From positions 14,880,001-14,944,000 of the forward strand of contig CM060731.1 in the NCBI GenBank assembly GCA_030704615.1: 64,000 nt of DNA, read 5' to 3'. The notes beneath the pieces are model-generated. The model ran no database searches. It was not told where the DNA came from and saw only the letters and a list, made by a program, of their open reading frames with translations. The stretch comes from Takakia lepidozioides. Its lineage: Eukaryota; Plantae; Bryophyta. Positions 1-10,670 of this stretch are shown piece by piece. Every line of letters begins with the position of its first letter. The first letter of the stretch is position 1. Both the position numbers and the translations under genes were made by a program.

Positions 1-34
1 GCAGGTATTTGTGAAAGAAAGAACCATTCAGCGG

Positions 35-3000
35 CAGCTCAAACAGTGTGCGTTGCCGCACACTGTTTGAGCTGCACATGTCACTGTTTAAGGGTGCAAA
101 ATTCTTCCTTCAACGACACCTTTCTGAGGATGAAATGAACCCCGCACTGCCAGCTCAAACAGTGTGCGGCAACGCACACTGTTTGAGCAGATCTTTTCAA
201 TGTTGTAGGGTGCAAAATTTGGCCTTGGAGTCAGTTATCTGCAGGTGAAATGAACCCTTCCCAGCCAGCCCAAACAGTGTGCGGCGCCGCACACTGTTTG
301 AGCTGAACATTTCAATGTTTCTGGGTGCAAAATTTGGACTTCAGGGGCACCTTTCTGAGGATGGAATGAACCCTGCACTGCCAGCTCAAACAGTGTGCGG
401 CAACGCACACTGTTTGAGCTGAACATTTCAATGTTTAAGGGTGCAAAATTTGGACTTCATGGGTACCTTTCTGAGGATGGAGTGAACCCTGCAATGCCAG
501 CTCAAACAGTGTGCGGCAACGCACACTGTTTGAGCTGAACATTTCAATGTTTAAGGGTGCAAAATTTGACTTCATGGGTACCTTTCTGAGGATGGAATAA
601 ACCCTGCACTGCCAGCTCAAACAGTGTGCGGCAACGCACACTGTTTGAGCTGAACATTTCAATGTTTCAGGGTGGAAAATTTGAACTCCAGGGGCACCTA
701 TCTGAGGATGAAATGAACCCTACACTGTCAGCTTAAACAGTGTGCGGCAACGCATACTGTTTGAGCTGAACACTTCAATGTTTCAGGGTGCAAAATTTGG
801 ACTTCAGGGGCACCAGTTTGAGGATGAAATGAACCCTTCAATGTCAGCCCAAACAGTGTGCGGCAACGCACACTGTTTGAGCTGAACACTTCAATGTTTC
901 AGGGTGCAAAATTTGGACTTCAGAGGCACCTCTCTGAGGATGAGATGAACCCTTCACTGTCAGCCCAAACAGTGTGCGGCAACGCACACTGTTCGAGCTG
1001 AACATTTCAATGTTTCTGGGTGCAAAATTTGGTCTTCAGGGGCACCTGTTTGAGGATGAAATGAATCCTTCACTGTCAGCCCAAACAGGGTGCGGCAACG
1101 CACACTGTTTGAGCTGAGCACTTCAATGTTTCTTGGTGCAAAATTTGGACTTCAGGGGCACCTATCTCAGGATGAAATGAACAATGTGCTGCCAGCTCAA
1201 ACAGTGTGCGGCAACGCACACTGTTTGAGCTGAACATTTCAATGTTTCTGGGTGCAAAATTTGGTCTTCAGGGGCACCTGTTTGAGGATGAAATGAACCC
1301 TTCACTGTCAGCCCAAACAGTGTGCGGCAACGCACACTGTTTGAGCTGAACATTTCAATGTTATAAGGTGCAAAATTTGGTCTTCAGGGGCACCTGTTTG
1401 AGGATGAAATGAACCCTTCACTGTCAGCCCAAACAGTGTGCGGCAACGCACACTGTTTGAGCTGAGCACTTCAATGTTTCTTGGTGCAAAATTTGGACTT
1501 CAGGGGCACCTATCTCAGGATGAAATGAACACTGTGCTGCCAGCTCAAACAGTGTGCGGCAACGCACACTGTTTGAGCTGAGCATTTCAATGTTTTAGGG
1601 TGCAAAATTTGGTCTTGATGTCTGTTATGTGAGGGTGAAATGAACCCTTCACTGCCAGCTCAGACATTGTGCGGCAACGCACACTGTTTGAGCTGAGCAT
1701 TTCAATGTTTCTGGGTGGAAAATTTGAACTCCAGGGGCACCTATCTGAGGATGAAATGAACCCTACACTGTCAGCTGAAACAGTGTGCGGCAACGCATAC
1801 TGTTTGAGCTGAACACTTCAATGTTTCAGGGTGCAAAATTTGGACTTCACGGGCACCAGTTTGAGGATGAAATGAACCCTTCAATGTCAGCCCAAACAGT
1901 GTGCGGCAACGCACACTGTTTGAGCTGAACACTTCAATGTTTCAGGGTGCAAAATTTGGACTTCAGAGGCACCTCTCTGAGGATGAGATGAACCCTTCAC
2001 TGTCAGCCCAAACAGTGTGCGGCAACGCACACTGTTCGAGCTGAACATTTCAATGTTTCTGGGTGCAAAATTTGGTCTTCAGGGGCACCTGTTTGAGGAT
2101 GAAATGAACCCTTCACTGTCAGCCCAAACAGTGTGCGGCAACGCACACTGTTTGAGCTGAACATTTCAATGTTATAGGGTGCAAAATTTGGTCTTCAGGG
2201 GCACCTGTTTGAGGATGAAATGAACCCTTCACTGTCAGCCCAAACAGTGTGCGGCAACGCACACTGTTTGAGCTGAGCACTTCAATGTTTCTTGGTGCAA
2301 AATTTGGACTTCAGGGGCACCTATCTCAGGATGAAATGAACACTGTGCTGCCAGCTCAAACAGTGTGCGGCAACGCACACTGTTTGAGCTGAGCATTTCA
2401 ATGTTTTAGGGTGCAAAATTTGGTCTTGATGTCTGTTATGTGAGGTGAAATGAACCCTTCACTGCCAGCTCAGACAGTGTGCGGCAACGCACACTGTTTG
2501 AGCTGAGCATTTCAATGTTTCTGGGTGCAAAATTTGGACTTCAGGGGCACCTGTGTGAGGGTGAAATGAACCCTTCACTGCCAGCTCAGACAGTGTGCGG
2601 CAACGCACACTGTTTGAGCTGAGCATTTCAATGTTTCTGGGTGCAAAATTTGGACTTCAGGGGCACCTGTGTGAGGGTGAAATGAACCCTTCACTGCCAG
2701 CTCAGACAGTGTGCGGCAACGCACACTGTTTGAGCTGAGCATTTCAATGTTTCTGGGTGCAAAATTTGGACTTCAGGGGCACCTGTGTGAGGGTGAAATG
2801 AACCCTTCACTGCCAGCTCAGACAGTGTGCGGCAACGCACACTGTTTGAGCTGAGCATTTCAATGTTTCTGGGTGCAAAATTTGGACTTCAGGGGCACCT
2901 GTGTGAGGGTGAAATGAACCCTTCACTGCCAGCTCAGACAGTGTGCGGCAACGCACACTGTTTGAGCTGAGCATTTCAATGTTTCTGGGTGCAAAATTTG

Positions 3001-4010
3001 GACTTCAGGGGCACCTGTGTGAGGGTGAAATGAACCCTTCACTGCCAGCTCAGACAGTGTGCGGCAACGCACACTGTTTGAGCTGAGCATTTCAATGTTT
3101 CTGGGTGCAAAATTTGGACTTCAGGGGCACATGTGTGAGGGTGAAATGAACCCTTCACTGCCAGCTCAGACAGTGTGCGGCAACGCACACTGTTTGAGCT
3201 GAACATTTCAATGTTCTAGGGTGCAAAATTTGGACTTCAGGGGCACGTCTCTGAGGATGAGATGAACCCTTCACTGTCAGCCCAAACAGTGTGCGGCAAC
3301 GCACACTGTTTGAGCTGAGCACTTCAATGTTTCCTGGTGCAAAATTTGGACTTCAGGGGCACCTATCTCAGGATGAAATGAACACTGTGCTGCCAGCTCA
3401 AACAGTGTGCGGCAACGCACACTGTTTGAGCTGAACATTTCCCTGTTTTAGGGTGAAAAATTTGGTCTTGATGTCTGTTATGTGAGGGTGAAATGAACCC
3501 TTCACTGCCAGCTCAGACAGTGTGCGGCAACGCACACTGTTTGAGCTGAACATTTCAATGTTTAAGGGTGCAAAATTTGGTCTTTGCTGTCTGTTATCTG
3601 AGGATGAAATGAACCCTTCAAAACCAGCTCAAACAGGTGCGGCAACGCACACTGTTTGAGCAGACCTTTTCAATGTTTTAGGGTTCAAAATTTGGTCTTG
3701 ATGTCTGTTATGTTAGGGTGAAATGAACCCTTCACTGCCAGCTCGGACAGTGTGCGGCAACGCACTCTGTTTGAGCTGAACACTTCAATGTTTCAGGCTG
3801 CAAAATTTGGACTTCAGGGGCACCCCTCTGAGGATGAGATGAATCCTTCACTGTCAGCCCAAACAGTGTGCGGCAACGCACACTGTTTGAGCTGAGCATT
3901 TCAATGTTTCTGGGTGCAAAATTTGGACTTCAGGGGCACATTTCTGAGTATAAAATGAACCCTTCACTGTCAGCTCAAACAGTCTGCGGAACCGCACACT
4001 GTTTAGGCAG
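35..4010. repeat. Tandem array of ~35 x 116-bp units, each containing the palindrome CAGCTCAAACAGTGTGCG-GCAA-CGCACACTGTTTGAGCTG
   Basis: Period measured directly (palindromes at ~2467, 2583, 2699, 2815, 2931, 3047 = 116 bp). Near-identical run ~2460-3170, with degenerate units at both ends (1-250, 3960-4150). Confidence 0.97.
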
Positions 4011-4245
4011 AACATATGAATATTGAAGGGCGCAACTTTCGGCCCTCATGGGCAGATATTTGAGCAGAACTTTTCAATGTTCTTTCCCTGTGAAAATCGG
4101 GAACATAGTGCAGGTCCGTGAGGATCAATGAACACTTACCTGGCAGCTCAAAGAACACTTACCTTTTTATCCCACTTTTTCATGCATCGGTCGACGTTTC
4201 ATTCCTCTCTTATAAGAATTTGAGTGAACAACCTTGCAGGAGAAA

Positions 4246-7200
4246 ATGCAAAGTGTGGCGGATGAGGTCCCTCAGGGTCAGGGGAAGGAGACCATAGTTG
4301 ATGTTGACGATGAGTTTTATGAAAGCAAAGCCGCTGAGATGCTGGGGGGTCAAAAGGTGAACTCTCAGCTTGTGGTTCAAAGTATGCTTGCTCCTGGTGG
4401 GAGGTTGAAGATTCCCCTGTGTAGGTTGGTTTCCATGCCCGTCGTTCGTCCACCCCTTGTCAAAGACATTCTCAAGCTGGAGGCCGAGTTTGTTCATGGG
4501 TATTTGGATGGATCCGCAGTCTTTTACGTTTCTACTAGGGATTCTAGAGGTAACGAGCTCCTTTTGGATGAGTCAATCGTCGACTCCTGGGACCCCATTT
4601 GGAGACAGGTGAACGAATCCTTCGAACTTCTTCTCTCCAGGAAACCTTCCACCCAAGTATTCTCGGGGAAGATGTTTCACGTTTGGGATGGCAACCACCG
4701 GTTGCTTGCATGGATGGCTGTCATTGGGAGGCTGCACTCACAGGAGGAAGAGTGGCATTACTCTGTTCGATCGATGGTGCTTGATTGTGACGACAACATG
4801 ATGGGTCTTCTGACGGCAATGAATGATGTGAACAGGTTGGTTTCTCATTGTACATGTTGCACTTCTGGTTCCGTTCTTCCTTGATTCAAGTCCTTGAATT
4901 ACATTCTGAAATTCAGATATCATTCTGCAGAGGGACGGAGACATCGCATGTCAAAACGAGTCTGGTTCACACACTGTATAGGATACAAAGGATCGGGCAG
5001 ATGCCCTTGACCAACTTCAAGACCATCCTTTCGGCAGAGATGTATAAGAAATGCGAAAGCTCCAAGACTTCGGAAACATGGTACTCGTTGACCCGTGAGG
5101 CTTTCATGGAGTACATGTACACGGTGAGATACATCTTCCTTCATCTGGCCTTTCCATATTCCTGCTTCCACATGTTTGTTTCTGTCTGTCTCCCTTGACC
5201 TTGGATTGATGCAACTCTCTTGCATTCCCTTGCAGCAAGACATTGCAGATGCAGGGGAGCGTGGCAAACTGGAATACTACAGCTCTACCCCTGAGGAGAG
5301 AAGGACAGCAAAGGGGGTTGAAAGTCACATCCAGAAGGAGATGAACGCTACAAGAAGGACAATAATGAGTGCTTTTGTGAAGCAGTTGAGAATGGCCGAC
5401 CCATCATTCGGGCCGCAGTTTCTCCTGGAGATAAAAAACCATTATAACAAGCCAGGCAAGCCGGAGATGGCCCAGGAGAAGTTGCACAGGTTGTCTACCG
5501 CCGTCGTGTCTTCTGAACAGAAGGTGAAGTGGCTACAGATATGGAACTCCGATCCCACAGTTAGGGATACCCACATGTTCCCAAGGCCAGAGAAGGAGAA
5601 GAAGACCCAGCGTGTCGTTCCTGTCAGTGACAATGTGCTGGACACCTGGCTTCACAAGGCCACTTACTGGAGCCAGGTGTGATGTCCTCTCGTATCTCAC
5701 TTTCTTTTCTCTTTTCCTGTCCTTCTCTTCCCATTGCCTCTTACATTCGCTGTGACTGTTTTTGGGTTCATTCTTCCATTTCAATTGTTTTGCAGTTGGA
5801 AGAAAGGGCCCGATCGGTTCTGCATACTCAGCTGGCTGACTATGGCATCACTATGACAGCTCCGAAGGTCTCCTTCGAAGCATACATGAGGAAATGGAGA
5901 GCCACAGTGTGGCACTCTGGTTTCTTTAGAGAGTTCAGCAAGGAGGGTGGCATCAGTCGAACAAATGAGCTTGACCAGCAGGAAAAAGGAGAGGAAGCCT
6001 GGAAATGATGCCTTTACAGGTGCACACCCTTGCACTCTTTGCTTGTGTTGTGGTTGCAATGTGTTGTGTGGCATACTGTTTAAGGGGGTCTTCCTGGTGT
6101 GTTGAAAAAGCTGGGACACAATATGTGCATTGGAAAATGAGGCTGTGTCTGTTCCTGCAGGTACATTAAGTTTGTTCTCTTGGAAGAGAATTGCTTGGAC
6201 AAACATCCAGATTTCGTGGACCTTTGGCTTGTCCCTGCTGGCAACCAGACCATGTTCACTGCTGGGATCTTGCATGACTGGGGTCCAGACCATCTTTCTT
6301 CTTGTGGTTGGTATTTGGATTGCCCTCCTTCAGAGACCCCAGCTGTAGAGTTGTCTTTGAGGAGAGAGAATGACCGTATTGCAGCCACTGCCGCAGCAGC
6401 GGACCTCGACATTCATGAGCGTAATCTGAGGACTCTTGCAGAGAAGGAGCCTCCCGCTCAGGATACCCCGGGTAGAGGAAGAAAGGCAAAGGGAAAAGAT
6501 GTTGCTGGTGTTGTGGGGAAGGGAAGGGGTAGAGGGAAGGTGGCACAAGGGCAGGGAAGTGTTGCAGCTATTGGCCCTGTGGAGCATGTCCAGCAGACTC
6601 CACCGCATGGTAGGGGATCCGGGAGAAAAAACAAGGGGGTGGTTGATCCCAAGGACCCGTACCATGCAGTGGAACATCCCACGAGGGTCATTCGTCCAAC
6701 CAGGTTGGAGATTGCCAACGTCGGGTTCCTTGCAATGATGGAGTCGAAGAAATCTGATTACAAGGGCGAGCCATCACCAGTGTGGGAGAGGATTGTCGAG
6801 TTCCTCAGCACGGTGCGTGTTCTCTTTGGGTTCTGTGGCTTCTGCTCTCTTTGTCTGCTGTGGGCATGGATCGTTTATAAACTTGTCAGAATTCCATTGT
6901 ATTTTGTTTGCAGGCTAAAATGACCAAATCGTGGGTGAACGGGAAGGAGAAGCCATATGCAGCGGAACTCATCATCTTGGACATCCCTGATGGGTTGGCA
7001 GTCCCGGATATCCCTCCATCGGGTGCTTGTCCGGGTTGGAATGCATTTGATGAGCGCTACTGGCGGTGGGTTTTTTCCTTTTGCAACTTCTTCCTTTCCG
7101 ATGCAGGTGTTTTGGTTCTCATCCAGTCCATCGATGTTCGGTGTCGCCGTGCCCTTGCCAGCTATTTGAAAGCCTCGGGCATGAGAGTCGTGAAGACATG

Positions 7201-8357
7201 GAATTGTGTGAACAGCATGTACCTTACGAAGGGGGATCGTCCGGGAGAGATGGTGAGTTTCCCTTCTTCTTCCTCTTCTTTTTTGTTCTGGGATTGTGTT
7301 GTATAGGTCGCTCCAACTCATATGTAGGGGCCCGATTTTATTTTGGTTCTTAGTTCCTTGTGGATGTCATGTTCGCAGACTCGTCTGTTTGAAGCTGTTT
7401 GTCTCGTCCGGGTGCATCCACCAACGACTCCGGCCGGCATTACGGAGTTTGCCATCACTCACGGGGGCAAGTTCATAGATGACAGGACAGATCCTCCCAC
7501 GGATGACATGCATCACAACTACGTCGACAGCAACGTGTGCTTGCGAAGGGGGAATGGGGTTCCTTGGAGAGGGGCGAGGGAGAGGAGCCCGGCTTTCATT
7601 CAAACGATTGTGGAGTGCTGCACCTACACAGACGCCAGAGTTCTGGATTTGTCGATGGGCACAGGTTCGTCTCTTCAACATTCACATTTCATGAGGTTTG
7701 ATTGAGCTTGCACTTTCAGCACTTTCCACCGTTCCGAATGTGTCTTCAATGTCTGCTCACTTCATTCTATTCCACTGCAGGTGCTTCGTACCACGCTTGC
7801 AAGGCCAGTGCGCGACATGTCTTTGGGATTGAAGGGGATGCTGAGATTTACAAGAACCTCCTGATGGGTTTGGGTGGACACACTTCTCAGGTCCTTCCGA
7901 AGCCCCGTCCCGCTGATACTGGTACAGAGGAGACTTCTGACAAGGAGCTGGACTCCGACTTTGCCTGTGAGTAAGTTGAACCTGTGCATGCTTGCATTGT
8001 TGTTTCAATATCGAGAATCGCTGTTCTTGAGGCAAAGTGCACAAGGGAGACATCCTCTTCGTTGGACTTGTGCATTGCATCATTGTGTTAAAATGGGATT
8101 TTGTGGACATGTGTAGGAGTCCGCGTGCTTCCACTTGCCCTCCTGGGCTATCACACCTATTTGGACTTGTTTTCAGTCCTCCTCGGTCTTGTGTGCTACC
8201 TGTCTATGCGGAGGCACTCGCAGCAAGCATGTCCGTTCATGGCACTCAGAGTCCACCTTGCGATGGCCTTCGTAGAACACGTGGTGTTGGGGCCAGAATC
8301 TTTGTAGATGACATAGCACAGGAGGTGGACATTGATTGTGATGACTGCGACACTTGA
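4246..8357 (+). CDS. 9-exon ParB/Srx-like + beta-class N4C/N6A DNA methyltransferase-like fusion (~1051 aa); this copy has an in-frame TGA at 6006-6008, so it may be a pseudogene. An upstream exon may exist.
   Basis: GT-AG exons join in phase: 4246-4835, 4931-5123, 5236-5676, 5796-6019, 6161-6812, 6914-7252, 7379-7664, 7781-7970, 8117-8357 (3156 nt). ParB-like IPLCRLVSMPVVRP...DILKLEAEFVHG...HVWDGNHRLLAW. MTase-like LIILDIPDG (motif IV position), FLSDAGVLVL, GARERSPAFIQTIVECCT, RVLDLSMGTGASYHACKASARHVFGIEGD (motifs X-I-II). Confidence 0.8.
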
Positions 8358-8610
8358 TATGAAGTATTCTTTTGGTTTAATTCTGGGACAAATTTGAAAT
8401 GGGATGGTTGTGTGTCCTTATTGTCCTCTTTGCAATGTGTGCATGGAATTCACATTCATGGTTCCAAACTATTGTTGGAGATGGGGGTTGCATGGACTGC
8501 CCGGATTGTTCCTTCAATATATTTGTTGTTTTGTGGACCTCACAGACTTGAGTACATTGCAAAAACAAACAAACCACTTTGTTCTCAATTCTCAATTCTC
8601 CCCACATCAA

Positions 8611-8762
8611 CCCGCGGAAATAGGTGACACCACTCGGAAATAGGTGACATCCGCGGAAATAGGCACTGTTTGCATGCTGACGTGGCGTGAGCCTGTGCTG
8701 GGCTCACGCTTTCCTGGGCTCACAGGCTCACGCCTCCAGGCTCACGGAATAGCACCCCCCTC
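8611..8762. mobile_element. Putative right terminus (TIR/subterminal repeats) of the element carrying the array and the ParB-MTase gene
   Basis: Three CGGAAATAGG repeats (8612-8665), the inverted repeat GCGTGAGCC...GGCTCACGC, several GGCTCAC copies, and the end GGAATAGCACCCCCC, followed by an abrupt switch to AT-rich DNA. Confidence 0.55.
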
Positions 8763-8854
8763 CCATTTATAGTGTTAGTGTGCGTTGACCATTTTAAGAA
8801 AAAGACTGAATATTTAAAAATAAAAATAAGAAAATAATCACATATCACTCATAA

Positions 8855-9492
8855 TAGAAATCAACAGTTTGCCAACGAACCATTCATTTTTCAGCATGTT
8901 CCATTTACAGCGTATGTTATATTAAAGAAGCATACACAAATCACATTTATATTTAAAAAAAATCAAAAAATTGACACAGAAGACACATCGTGAAAATCAG
9001 CAGTTCGCCAAGGAACCGTTGAGTTCTTACAAAGATCCACTAACAGCATTAGTGTCACATATATAGATCTCTATAAGCGATAAAATGACACAAATTACAT
9101 ACTGTGAAAATCAGAAGTTCACCAACAACCTGTTGATTTTTCAGTATGTCCCACGACAACATAAGTGTTGCATCAGCCAAGCCTCTATTTTAAAAAAAAA
9201 CTGATGTTTTCTTTAAACTTTAAAATAGACAGAGAAGACATTATTGTGAAAATCAGTAGTTCGTTGGCGAGCTTTTGATTTTTCAGTTTATACTTATAAC
9301 GTCGTAAGTATATATGTTGTATTGACCAATTATTTTTTCTCAAAAATAAAAATAATAAAAATAATAATTTTGCTTGAATCGTTTGATATAGCTTTAGGCA
9401 TTAAAATATAAGCTTATACAAACATGAAGTGCAATGACACCAAAATCATATCGTTAAAATGAGCAATTCGTTGGCAGACTATTGATTTTCAA
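8855..9492. repeat. Five degenerate spaced palindromes AAAATCARCAGTTCG-(CCAA/TTGG)-CGAACYGTTGATTTT
   Basis: Copies at ~8857, 8991, 9105, 9246 and 9455 in AT-rich DNA. Confidence 0.7.
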
Positions 9493-10429
9493 TATGTCTC
9501 ATTCGATTCCCGTGGGCCAAACAAATTCAAATTTTCAAACAGAATATACATCCCAACAATTAAAAATTGTTAACAAAATGCTTTTGTAATTTGTCCGCGC
9601 ATATTTACGAGACAGAGTGATAGTAAAAGATTTTTTTTACCTTTGATTCTATTTTATTTTAACCATATAGTTTATTAGTGAACTATTATTTTTTGCACGT
9701 GTGTAGTAATGATCGTATTATGGTTGTTCTATGTGTACTTGAGGAGTTTTCGAACTTCATGGAATCTTCCATAGTCACTTGTGAGACGAAAGCTTCTAAG
9801 ATTAAGAACATAACATAAATTAAATACGAGCATACATCTGGAGACTCATTTATTGATGTGAGAGATATCTTCATCTTTGAAATGTCCATCCTCGCGAATA
9901 TTAATGGGATAGACCTCGTATTTTGTATGCAAACCAAGTAAAAGTCTTAAAAGGAACCAAACATGTGGTTGCATCGTATATTCCAATTAGCGACCAATAT
10001 ACTATGTAAACTACCACAAACGATCCAATTCACAATTGTTCAATTGCTAAAAAATCAACGGGAATATAATATGAATAGGGTCCTATTTGGAACATCTGTC
10101 AAAATATTGGGCTTATGATTTGCTAATCACGAGCTTACACTCCCAAATTACTAAATTAGTGCCTAAGTGTGAGCCTATTCACAATGACTGTGAGCGTGGG
10201 CTCACGCGGTTGCGTTGCTGATGCAGGCCCCATGGGCTACTTTCTATTGGGCCCTCGATGGCATGTGTGTTGAGCAGTAGGCTTTGTAAATTCACTGGGA
10301 CGTTAAAGAAACTTTATCTTATCTTTATGAGAGTGTAGTTGGAGGACAATTTTACCCCCCAAATTTTACATACAAATGACCTCATTCCTCTGCTCACTAA
10401 CTTTAAGAATTTCAAGGCTAAGCCTAAAG

Positions 10430-10670
10430 CTCTAGCCCGGTTGCAGTCTTATTGCTTTGGCAGCTCACACACAATAGGGTGATGTTTGTGTGAAGGGCTT
10501 TGTAGAGGAAATCTGGAAAGCCCGAACTAATTGGTAATACCAAGGAAAGTCCTACTACTGGAGTGAGCCCCTCAAGGTAGCGTATGTTCCCTCTTGTTTT
10601 GCCCAAACTGGGCGCGGGGTCTATGGCCACAAGGCTACGGCAAACGTTGTTTTATGAGTACACTTGGAGT
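10430..10670 (+). mobile_element. 3' end of a non-LTR retroelement (longest local copy of the CCACAAGGCTACGGCAAAC...TTATGAGTACA tail)
   Basis: The tail motif is shared with short insertions at 13920, 21140 and ~52480. The upstream reading FVEEIWKARTNW* resembles a LINE ORF2 end (weak). Confidence 0.45.

Noticed and set aside
48-1793. Short ORFs inside the tandem array
   Set aside because: They are by-products of the repeat; 116 bp is not a multiple of 3 and stops recur.
35-4010. CRISPR array (palindromic repeat with regular spacing)
   Set aside because: The 76-bp intervening sequences are near-identical copies, not unique spacers. There are no cas genes and the context is eukaryotic.
35-4010. 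Array as a strand-specific structured ncRNA cluster
   Set aside because: Arm variants give G:U on the plus strand in some units (AGAC) and C:A in others (CCCA), so no strand is consistently favoured. A DNA-level palindrome is equally likely.
4246-8357. Bacterial contamination as the source of the ParB-MTase
   Set aside because: It has eight canonical spliceosomal introns in phase and is contiguous with plant genes.
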